DNA of 64,000 bases from Marsupella aquatica (Eukaryota; Plantae; Marchantiophyta): positions 6,357,708-6,421,707 of the forward strand of contig OZ316891.1 of assembly GCA_973895155.1 (NCBI GenBank), written 5' to 3'. A program made the translations under genes and the position numbers. The notes under the pieces were generated by a model. The model was not told the DNA's origin and made no database searches. It saw only the letters and a list, made by a program, of their open reading frames with translations. Of the stretch, positions 13,189-24,325 are shown piece after piece; position 1 is the stretch's first letter, and each line of letters starts with the position of its first letter.

Positions 13189-13800
13189 CATTAATGTGGA
13201 GTGGGTGTAAAGCATTTGGGGGCCAACCCCACACGGAAGGGAAACAGGGGGCTTTGGACATCAGTGTAAATGGGACGTAAATGATATGGGTGCTTTCAGA
13301 CATTACTGTCAATGGCATGAAAGATTTTGGGGGCTGACCCTGCCTCTATAGGAGCAACCAGGTCACTTTTTAGACATTACTGTGGAGGGGCGTAGAAGAT
13401 TTGGGGGCTTACCGTGCCACCGAAGGGACAACCAAGGGGGCTTTCGGCATTACTGTAGAGGGGGCATAAAAGATTTTGGAGCTTACTGTGCCTCTGTAGG
13501 GGCGACCAGGTGGCTTTTTAGATATTAATGTGGAGGGGCATAAAAGATTTGGGGGCTTACCATGCCACTGAAGGGGTGATTAGGGGGCCTTTCGAACATT
13601 ATTGTGGAGGGGCCTCAAAGGATTCAAGGCTTACCCTGCTGAAAAGTGGTGACCATTAGAGTGGAGGAGGTGTCAAAAATTTGGGGGCTTACCGAGCCAC
13701 TCAAAGGGTGACCAGGGGGGCTTTTGGACATTACTGTGAAGGGGGTGTAGAAGATTCAGTGGCTTACTGTGCTGCACAAGGGGCAACCAGGGGGATTTTA
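13189..13800. repeat. ~74-bp degenerate tandem array
   Basis: CATTACTGTGGAGGGG...AAGATTTGGGGGCTTACC recurs near 13375, 13448, 13523, 13597, 13653 and 13729, with more diverged copies upstream; a lone partial copy lies at ~5342-5380. Confidence 0.85.
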
Positions 13801-16741
13801 TATAGGCCATGTGGATTCATCAGGTATTTGTGAGCAAAGCTAGGGCATTCAGGTATGGTGTCTACCTATCCTACATGGCAAGTCCAGTAAATGCTGGTGT
13901 GGAGTGCTCAATTTGTTTAGGAGTTCCAAACATTTATAATTTAACTTTGGCCCTCCATTCAAGTGATTTGCATTTATTATACTTCATTTCATAGGGTTTT
14001 TGGTCCTATGTCTATCTTTGGGGCACTTCACAAGAATAAGATGACAACAAAAGTGAGAGCACTTTTGTGTTTTACTATATGTGATCAGCAGGCACAATTT
14101 TCTAATTTTAATTTTTTGCTGGTCAGAATTGGTGATGCCCTTCCATAACAAGAATGGAGGGCATCTCTCTCGTCGACGCGAGATCAATCCATCCATATGT
14201 GTGTAAAACCAAGAAGGACTCAAAGGTCCATTTAGAGTGCCTCCTAAGCCCCAAAAGTGGTCAGGTAATGTATTGAATACTCTCTGACCAAATGAGAAGT
14301 GCTCAAGAGATCCTTTCAAATTGTTTCAACACACTGCCTCCAAAGGTAGCCTACACTTTGGCCAAAACTCACCTATCCACATAGACATATTGGGAGACCC
14401 ACTCCAGACCAGGTAGGATTGGGAGGAGTCCAGAACAAGTGACATCTCAACTATATAGCCAAAGGGGGCTGGCCACTTTATATGCACGGTTGTGAGAAAT
14501 CTGAAAGAGAATTTTGGAAAGGACCTCTCAATTGTTGTCCTCTGGTCCTTGTTAAGTTCCCCCTTAAAACAAGAATTGGCCTCTAGTTTGCTTTGGTGAA
14601 AAAAAAAAGAGTCACAAGTGCCGACACTTCTTGTAAAGTCACCCTCATCTTCATGATCTTGAGGAGGGAGGGAGGGATTTGAGGTCAGGAGTCAGGAGCC
14701 CAATGAGTGTGACAAATCACTTGCAACTGCAAGGTTTGACCTCCTCTTACAGTAGTTTTCTTTGTGCTACAAATATTGCAAGGCACGTCTACTATCCATG
14801 ATTTCTCAACAAGAAAATTGCTTTTAGAAGGTCAAGTAGGGAGGTATGTCAGAAAACAATTGAACAGTCATGCATGTGAGAAACTGATGTTTGCATGGGC
14901 ACCCATGTTTGACCAGAGAAATTATATGAACCATGCCTTATTTCCACCAAAAAATCATCATTCAGTGCTAAAAGGCTTTTGACTATTCAATGACCATAAA
15001 TATGGATCACATACTAAGTGCCTATATAGCCAAATTGCTTCCAGAATAGTGTGGACTCTGTCATAGAAATAAAGTTTAATATATATAGAGAGATAGATAA
15101 TGATGAGTGATATACAAAAAAATTCACCCTTTTAATTATAATTTATTCATCTTACTTAGTATTGGACAACAATGTAAGTGGAGCTGTAAGCACACTTAGC
15201 AGCTTCAAATGTCTTGCTCGGATAGGATTTCTAGGCTTTGTAAATTCCGACCAGGAGGCACAACTTTAAAGTAAATTAGTTTAAGTTTATACAAATAGCA
15301 CTAATCTAGATCCTTTCTGCGTTTAAAGGTTTTGATGGAGAGCCCGGCCCGTCCAAGCTAACAACTGTTTGCCCCAATATCAATTTGGCTTATTATAAAT
15401 CCCCAAAACAGATTTGGTCAGCGCAAGGGCCAGAGGGAGGCAGGGAGAGAGTGGGGGAGGGATTTGGCCCAGGAAGGTTCAGCCAAGGAGTTTACGGAGA
15501 GTTAGGGCTTGTTGCGGCCTGCATCCAAGGTTAGGGATGAGATGTTGTTTTTGGTCCTATTCCTTTTCCCATTTTGTTTGTTCACCCAAAATGCCCCACC
15601 ATATTTGAATGATGACCCCCATGACTACCACTGTAAGAAATGGTGCAACTTTGTATTATTTATAGGTTTTAATGTGGACCATGTAAGAGTGGAAATGGCT
15701 CCAGTTGACTTTAGGGCCCATTCAAGTATGGTGTTGGCCAATCCTACATGGCAAGTAGTGGGTCCATATAGTGAGACCCCATATAGTGAGACCCCCGAGC
15801 CAATGATATATTTCATCTCTTGTTAGCCTAGTCTAGTTAAGCCAACCCACATATAAAATGGGGGCAACCAGACAATTAAATTAATTTCATTGGGGGTAGG
15901 TTACTAATGGTTAGGCATTCATTGGGGGTAGTTTACTAATGGCTTGGGTTGCGATAGGACATCCCAGAAGTAAAGTTGCAGGTTTGCAAAAGTTTGTTCT
16001 TGATTTTGACAGTCACTGCTATACGGCCAATCCACTTTTCAATGTTTTGTCTTGCTAAGAATTCTTGTGATGTATTTTTACTTTAATGTGCTTTAACAAG
16101 GTGCACCACTTGTATAATTTAGACTTTAGATTACTTTGGCTCCCCTCTAAGTGTTTTTTATCCTTCCTATGCTAGAGCTCTCATTCCCCAGTACATCTAG
16201 TTTTCAATATACTGCCCCCCTTTAACAGATTTTATGGAATTTCTGCCAATTCTAGTGAATGAGAGATATATTTTTGAGGTGTGGAAATCCTCCTACTTTA
16301 AGTCCTCCTCATGCTTTATTTGCTCATCTTATGGTTTTTATTGTCATTACCTAAGGCAAGGGAGTATTTTTTGTACCTTATTTGCACAAATTTTGATTGA
16401 TTTAAGTGTTATTAAAGAGTGAGAATCTATGCCTTATGTATAGTATTTTTCAAGACTTGTGCACTTGTATTTTTCCTGGTCATCATGCAATATATACTTT
16501 TATTTGGCATGTGTTACATTTTGCCCACTCAATACTATCAAACATTATGCAATAGTCATCATTTACATATAACTACAAGACAAAAATAGAGCATGTTCAA
16601 GAGTAAACATACTATAATAGCAAAAACTTGTCCTACCAGTTATGACCAAAGTAGATAACTCACTTTTGTATTGGGGTTGTGTGGCCCCTTAGATTTGAAA
16701 GGCCTTATTTATTGAACTCCATTTCAAAATATTCTTGGTCA

Positions 16742-16987
16742 TCTATCTATCTACAATTATAATAAGTGATCCCGCCTTTTTTGTCCTTCGTCCCAATACA
16801 AAAAAGCTCATGGGCAGGAAAGATTCAGAGCCGTTGGATTCGATTGCCAGTTTTCCCTGACCATTCATTTGATGGAATAAATGTGCACCCCTAGCACATA
16901 TTGCTTTTCACCATCCCATAAATGCCCCGGCCCGACTTCCTATGGGTTGGCCCTCTTGCCCCGTGCAACGCACTGGCATAGGGCTTG
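16742..16987 (+). mobile_element. Small (~246 bp) Helitron-like element
   Basis: Starts A|TCTATCTATCTACAATTATAATAA; ends with hairpin CCCGTGCAACGCACTGG, then CATAGGG CTTG|T (degenerate CTRR). Same hairpin core as the 5578 terminus. Confidence 0.6.
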
Positions 16988-17350
16988 TTAATCTATATTT
17001 AAACAAGAAATAACCCATCACCCTCTGGTTGTCTTTGGTGAATACTTCCACCATAGAGCTGGTTAATCTATATTTAAACAATAAATAACCCATCATCCTC
17101 TGGTTATCTTTGGTGATACTTCCACCATAGGGCTCGTTAATCTATTTAAACAAGAAATAACCAATCACCCTCTGGTTGCCTTGGTGGAATACTTCCACGA
17201 CAGGGCTCGTTAATCTATATTTAAACAATAAATAACCTATCACCCTCTGATTATCTTTGGTGAATACTTTCCACCATAGGGCTCGTTGATCTATATTTAG
17301 ACAAGAAATAACCCGTCACCCTCTGGTTGTCTTTGGTGAATACTTCCACC
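16977..17350. repeat. ~75-bp tandem array, 5 units
   Basis: CATAGGGCTCGTTAATCTATATTTAAACAAGAAATAACCCATCACCCTCTGGTTGTCTTTGGTGAATACTTCCAC units start at ~16977, 17052, 17126, 17199, 17275. Confidence 0.93.
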
Positions 17351-19125
17351 CTAACATGCATCCAACGATCAGTGGCAGCGGAAATGGACGGTGAGATCAT
17401 TAACACCTAATAAGTTTCCCGGTAAACATTCTTCAACTTAAAATGACATGATTAGTAACTGTTCGACGGCGAAGATTCGAAGACTGTGCGGTCAAGACGT
17501 TTAGACATTTAACTCACTGCCGTACGTGTTACGTGTCTCTCTCCCGCCCCTCCGCGCTCACCACGTATCCGAGTCTACGATCTTCCACAAACAGGTTAAA
17601 TCCTGTTTCTCTCGTACGCTCATTACACCAAACAAGTAAATGTCTCTTTGTGGTAGGTCACAATACGACATCATCCGGTTTGGCGCATCGTAGGATCCCC
17701 TCCTACCGAGACTGTCTCAAACCAGAGTTAAGAAACGGGAGCTTCTGGACCAAGCAATTATGTTAATAATCGGAGATTACTACATTAAAACAAGTAGAGT
17801 TGGGGCTCAGTCCTCTTAATTAAACCGAGCTTACGGCGAGTGAGACAGTAAAGAGTCTGTACTTCATCGCCGGGTTCGAACTCAACCAGGGTCTGGGCCG
17901 TGTTGAGAAACAGGAGTGGCCTGTCTAGGGCGACTGGAAACAGGCGAGTCGGATGTGGCGACGGGTAGAGGGCCCCACAGCTGTCGCTAGACCTGTTTGG
18001 TGCAGCGCGATGGGCGGTCTGGCGACCACGGCGGAGAAGAGACCTTCATGTCGAGCGTTTCCTTTTCCTTCGTTGTTTTTTGGTGTTGTTGTTGTGGATG
18101 TTGCTTTTTCTGCCTCTCCTCGTTTCGGCTTCGAGATCTTTTCGTTCTTTGCTTGTGGGCGTGGGGAGTGGCAGAATCTGTGCTGAAAGTGTGTCCGATT
18201 TCGTCCAAGGAGCAGCAGCTGCGGGTTGGAGGAGGGCTGCGGGGAGTTTGAGGCGGAGGAGGAGAATCGGAGATCTCTTTGGTTCGCTTCTCGACGACGC
18301 TCTCGCCCCGGCGGCTTCGGTAATGCGCGAGAAACCTAATTTGTGTTGAGAGCGCGCTGGCTGGCAGGAGGAAGAGAACAAGTGCGTGGATTTGGGAAAT
18401 AAGGGCGAAGTGATTGAACGGGATGAGTGTGGAACGTCGCTGGATTTTGCTCCTCTTGTTTTAGTTGTTGTTTCTGTTGTTGTGGTGGTGGTGGTGGTGG
18501 GGTGGAGATGGAGGTGTTGGTGGTGATGGTGGTAGCGGCGATAGGTGCGATTCTGATAAGGGTGTGGTGTGATTGAGAAGCTTCACGCTGGTAGGGAGGG
18601 ATTCGGAAATGTGTAACGTTTTTGGGTACTTAGATCGAAGTAGAGGCAAGGCAAGGCAAGGGAAGGCCAAGCGAGGCGAGGGCAGGGAGGTGAAGAATTT
18701 ATGGGCAGTCTGGCGGTAAAGAAATTTGGAGAAGGCTCTCGCACAGTATGTGTAGTTTGCTTATAGTGGGGGAGGGGAGGCCGGGTGGGCGTGGACGGGG
18801 GATGGGTCCTTTTTGGAGTGATGCACATCACTGAAAAGGAGATGGAAGAGGGAAAGGGTTCCGTTTTTGGTTAACGTCGTGAAGAAGTGGAAGGAAAAGA
18901 AGAAATACGAGGAGGTCCGTCTGATGACGTAGGTCCTAATTGTGGCAAACCGAGGAATTGAACCGCTGCAGGAGAGCGGCAGCTGAACGACTGATGAATT
19001 TGTGACCCAGGGAGAGGTTGGAGTGATTTCCCCTTGTGGGTTCTGGCGGAAGAGGCTCTCGTAAATGACTGTAGGGATGATGGTACTGCCGCTGTCGTAG
19101 CTCCAGTAGGGAGCTTCTTCAAGGG

Positions 19126-22100
19126 ATGCTGAAGGAGCGAGAGGTTCTCATGGTTCCGCCGAGTCGGGGGACTTGTGGTGTCGACCTGAATGTTCATCTT
19201 TGCGGCAAAGTCGATTCAGTAAAGAAGGCCCCGGCCTTCAACAACCACCAGCACCAGGGAAGACCGCCGCGAGAGGGTTTCGATCTTGGGGTCCCTGGAA
19301 TTGTAGTCACAGGAGGAGGGAAATGTCGTGGAGAAGACAAAGGAGAACAGGAAGGAGAAGTCAAGAATTGTTCTGATGATAGGTTTGTAGCCCCTCCTTC
19401 ATCTTCCATGCCTGCTCCTGCCTCTTCATCACCTATCATGCATGAAGAAGGACATTCTGTGATGATGAACTCTACGCGACAGCCGGGCAGCAGCCTAGCT
19501 CCAGCTCAAAATGGGTGGCCAACCATGGAGAACGGCTTGGAAGGCAAGGAAAATGGGTTTGTTGGTGTATCTGAGAAGAGAATGCGAAATGGCGAGAGTC
19601 TTGCAGCTACTTTTGGTGCCGGAAATCATAGCGGGGAGTCCTTTCAGCAGGATTGTCCAGGGTTACCCTTGAGGAAAAGGGTGCACGTTAGCGAAGATGA
19701 CACAGAGTATAGAAGAGGAGGCGATGTTGGTGGGAGTAGTGGTATAGTAGAATCATCTGAAGGCAACAAATCTGTCTCCCCGGGTGTTGTAACTCCCGCA
19801 AAATCGGAAGAGGGAAAGCTTTCTGACGGAAAGATGTCTCCTGATTCCGAGGTGAAAGGAGGTTTAATTTCTGCACGAGCAGAAGTAGTAAACGGCGAGG
19901 GTCCGTTTGCGACAGCAGAAGCCACTCTCGTCAATAATGGAGAAGACGTCGACATGCTTTCAGCAGAAGAAACAAAAGGTTTTCGTTGGGAAAGCGTCGA
20001 CCTTGCATCATCAGTTTGTGGGGATGAAGAAAGTCCAGTCCTTGTGGCTGACATTTTTGCGGATGGAAAAATTTCGGAAGAGGAATTCGTAGATATGGAC
20101 GTAGATCGAGTCAGCTTAGAAAATATCGAGCCGGTGAGTAATGAGCAGGTGGGTGGCTCGGCTAGCTCTAGGGCTGGTGAGCAAGAAGGTGTACAGTTGC
20201 AGGAGCAACCAGTTTTGGAAAGAGATGCTGAAGACTTCCCCGGGAACCGTTCTGGATCACCGGACTTGCGTGGACCACCTCCTCCAGAGACTCGGGAAGG
20301 CTTCTTTGAGGAAGAAAATGGGCGCCACCAGGGGAATCCTCGAAGAGACCGTCCCCGACAGCAAACTCCTAGGGATGTTGAGGTAATTGAGTTCGATGAC
20401 AGTGATGATGATGATGATAATGACTTGAGGGAGGCAAGAGTGGGCTATGATAGTGATGGCAGTTCTACCAAAGGCAAGAAGCCCATCTCATCTCAAGTTG
20501 GTGAGCAGCAGCGTCAAAGGAATGGGTACAGGTATTTCTCATCTGAGTCCACCGCTCCTCCAAACAATGCAGACGAGGAAAGCGATTCAGATGACTGCCA
20601 GGTTCTTGGGTATTATCCACCCCCAAAGGCCAATGGGCACGCTCATAGAGATGGTGCAGCTAATCCAGTTGTAGTAGACGATGACGATGACGATGACGAC
20701 AACTACACCACCACTGAGGATCAATACAGTGATTCCTCCGAGGTCGAAGAGGTTAGAGATTCACAAACCGATATTCGTAGGCGGTGGGAGGAGGCAGCCA
20801 TGAGGAGGCGAATGGGGAGAGCCATGCAGAGCGCGGGATCGAAGGCCAATGCTTCGCAGGGAGGAACCGTCAATCTCGATGGTTAGTACCTGGCTTTGAT
20901 GCACCATTGCCTTCTGCTTTACAGACCGTAATTTATGTGCTGTATGTTGAGAAGGTCGTCCATATTTCCGTGTATGTTGACTTCATGCCGGAGTTTAGCA
21001 TAAGTATATGGTCCTATTCAAGTATAAATGATAGTTCCATCCGTAAAACTTCCTGCTTCTCAATCCTGGTATTTAAGAAAGATTTCATTTCATTGTTCGC
21101 TCTGAGTTTCTCCTTGATGAGGTCGGAAGACAAGTTTCCCGCTGGCTCTCAATTTGGTCCTTCAATCTGTGGAGAGACTGATAGCTGTCCTCAAAAATGT
21201 GATTCGTGGGTGCATAGTGGCAGTAACCGTACACCCTCGGCGGCCGTCTCTCAATGACCGAACCACCTCCCATTACCTTAGAGAATTTAATGTCCCAAAT
21301 TGAGTAATTGATTGCAGTAGACCCTAATTGCTCTTTCGTTAGAGGTACAGTACATGTACTGCCCCAAGCCCTAACTCATTTCCGATTCCACGCTTTGGTT
21401 TTGTCTAACAGAAGACGGAACAGAATCTCAAGGCTTGGAAGAAAGCGTTGCAACATCCACGTACCGAGATAGTCCTGACTCGAAGGACCAAACTGAAACC
21501 TCCGAAGCACGTGGAGGACTGGACGGAGTAGTGCATCGAACTGATGGCCCACGGGGCACTACTTTTATGGCTAGTGAAGGACAGCGACAACTGAGGAGGT
21601 CTCGTTTAGAGGATGTCTTGTTGAATCATTTTGATGAAGCTGTTGAGGTGATTGTTCCTGATTCGCCAGTAGATTCTGGAAGGCCAACAGTGGTTAGTTC
21701 TCCAGGTTCTGATCAAGGTGATATTAGTGGATCAAAGTCTGTGAGAGTTGAATCTCCTGGTGTTACCGAATTGGACAGGGTAAAAATTTGGTCTATTGCA
21801 GTACAATCTGAGAACCAGAAGGGAGAAGCAAGCTCTGGAAATTCTGATCACAATGTTGATGAGAGGTCGCGTAGCAAACATGTCGTACTGGAGGGGTTGG
21901 AGAATAGGACGAGCGTGTCTCAGGACGTTGATCCTGTGGCGGTTGAGACAGAGACTAGTATTGCTCACGAAGATTTGCTAGTTGCAAAGGAAAGATTGAA
22001 ACAAACTGATCACTACAGGAAAACTGATGCAGAAGAATGGGCTTCTCGTCAACAAGAGATCGAACGACAGGTCACATAGCTCACTCCTTGATCTACTCTT

Positions 22101-23630
22101 CCGGTGGATATGACGAAGTTATCTTGTTGTATTCATATTTTCTTAATCCACCAGGTGCAACAGTACACTTCTTCGTCCTTGGTGGCTTGTTTAGTATTGA
22201 CCAGGGTCCTAAATCTTCAGGACGTGTTCCTATTGTTGTAAGCGTTTGGTAACCTTTGCCGGTTATATGAATTTTGGGTACCGTATTGGCTAACAATGTA
22301 AAATGTGACAACAGGCTGCGGAGTCAAAGAGATTAAGGCAAAGAAAGAGGCAGGAAGCTGACCGGAAAAGAGAGATGGAAAGAAAGCAGAAGGAACGCAT
22401 TGAAGAGCTTCGGCTAAGCCAGAGAAAGGTACTTGGTTTCTGGGCATTTGGTGCTTTCCATTGTGTATTCTCCTGGATGAATAATTGAACTCGTGAAAAT
22501 CTTGGTAGGGCTTCGAGAAATTGGGCTGGGAGTTTAAGATCTTTTATAGCATTGGATCATTTTTCGATTTACTGACAATCTTATATTATTCGGCATGAAA
22601 ATGGTGGATCTCTCGTCGGAAGTTGACCTTATCCAGTTCTCTCGGAATATTTCTGTTCTTATTGTTTAGTTTTGTGGGCCACGATTAACGCGATGTTGTA
22701 CATATTAGTGTTGGGGAGTGAATTTACAAGCGCCACTCGCATGCATGTCTACTTGTTGGTTGTAGAGCTAAAAAGTCTGAGTTCAAAAGCAAGTGGCAGT
22801 GCTGGAAGAGATGATCGTAATAGTTATCATCGGCAGCTTTGACTCTTTGTTTATATGTAGCTTGCAGTACAGCTTTGATTGTCTTGCTAATGGTCTCATC
22901 GATCATTTCTATCGCAGGAGGAAAGGCAAATGGACCTGAGGGATCAGCTACGAGGCCAAGTGCGAACAGAATTGGAACGAATTGCTGGAACTTGCGTGGA
23001 TTTTGCTACTCTGCTCCGCAAGCTTGGCATACCTGTAGAAGGTGGAAGTCATCCGTCAACACAGCAGGTCGGATAATTTTTCTGAGATAACGTAGGTGTC
23101 AAAGAGTTAACTTCTTAGTGAGAGACTACTCAGTCCTGAGGTGTCATGGGGACATACCGTTTTGACAGTGGAAGTCACATTGTACGCGTCCGGGGCGATC
23201 TTGTCTTAGAGTGATTCTAGAGCTGGAACGATTGATTTTCTTGTCTCTTAACAGGGATGATGGCTTCACTTTTATCCAGGAAAGTGGGGGACATCTGACT
23301 AGACCCAATTCTCTGCCACCGTAGTATCCTGCTTGGAGTTGGAGACGGAAGTTTATGGTTGATGTTCTTGCTAAGTACTGACACGGATGAACAAAGTTTG
23401 GAGAGCCAGTGTGAGGTTTCTAACCTGAACTAGTGATCTTTCAGGTCAATGCTGCGTACAAGAAAGCGCTCTTCAAGTTTCATCCAGATCGAGCAGTGGT
23501 TTCTAGTCATGGGGAGCCAAGAAAACAGGTTGAAGCAGAGGAGAAGTTCAAATTGATACAGCGACTTAAGGATACCCTCATACCTGTGGCAAATGACTCC
23601 TCATATCATACTTATAGATCGTTCTTTTAG
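19126..23630 (+). CDS. Long acidic/disordered protein with C-terminal coiled coil and J-domain-like (HPD) module, 5 coding exons
   Basis: Exons ~19126-20881, ~21412-22070, ~22315-22428, ~22918-23067, ~23445-23630 join in frame at GT-AG sites: ...KERLKQTDHYRKTDAEEWASRQQEIERQ|AAESKRLRQRK...|EERQMDLRDQLR...LLRKLGIPVEGG...|VNAAYKKALFKFHPDRA...EAEEKFKLI. Resembles a conserved plant DnaJ-domain superfamily. Confidence 0.85.
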
Positions 23631-24231
23631 ATCCTCTATTCCACTCGCTGGGTAATTCTTTGGTTGCTCGTTAGAATAATTCAATATCCACGGGGAAGCG
23701 CTTGACGGCTATGTAAATCACTAGTGTAAATTCTTGTACCATATAGCTAGTGAGCAGGCCTTATCAGACGTGTCCCAATCCCTGCGGAGAAAGTTCCTGA
23801 AGAAGTTCTTCATGTTATGATGAGCCATGCTAGATGTTGGGCTGTCACCTAAGATTCTATCTAGTAGGGATCTGTCTTCCAGTACATACTTAGGAGGCCA
23901 CGCGCAAACTACTGAGGGAAGCTTTAGGTGCATTCTTGCTAACCTCCATACCTCACTTAGGTCTTTTTGCTGGGAAATTCAGCCCAGTGGAATTGAATGG
24001 AGGTGCTGCTCTCTGAATATTAAATTGGGTGGTGTCAAAAGGTTCCACAACCAGGAGTGCAGATATGAACCTGAGAGGGCTCCAGAGGACCATCACTGGT
24101 GATTTGCTTTATAGGTCCTTGCTTCTCAAGTGAAGCAGTTAGTAGTGATACCACGGATAGACTTCACTTTCTGTTCTTGCAGCCCAAATTGTCCATTGAG
24201 CATGTTTTCTGTGTCCTACATGTACAGTCGA

Positions 24232-24325
24232 CATGGGATTTTGTCTACGCCCAGTTTGACCTCTAGCAATGGCGACGACATGGAATTTTGTCTACGCCCA
24301 GTTTGACCTCTAGCAATGGCGACGA
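24232..24325. repeat. ~47-bp direct tandem duplication
   Basis: CATGGRATTTTGTCTACGCCCAGTTTGACCTCTAGCAATGGCGACGA occurs twice in tandem. Confidence 0.85.

Larger units (their letters stand above)
5578..15097 (-). mobile_element. Putative non-autonomous Helitron (~2.9 kb net) interrupted by the copia element
   Basis: On the minus strand the 3' end reads GTGCAACGCACGGG (hairpin) TATTGAG CTAG|T, ending at 5578. A candidate 5' end A|TCTATCTCTCTATATATATTAAA starts at 15097. The interior holds tandem arrays. The 3' end is well supported; pairing it with this 5' end is inference. Confidence 0.6.

Noticed and set aside
16977-17350. Regular arrays (also 37540, 52697) resembling CRISPR
   Set aside because: Whole units repeat with no unique spacers; eukaryotic context and no cas genes.
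17860-17890. GGGTTCGAACTC resembling a tRNA T-loop/B box
   Set aside because: No cloverleaf or A box could be built around it.
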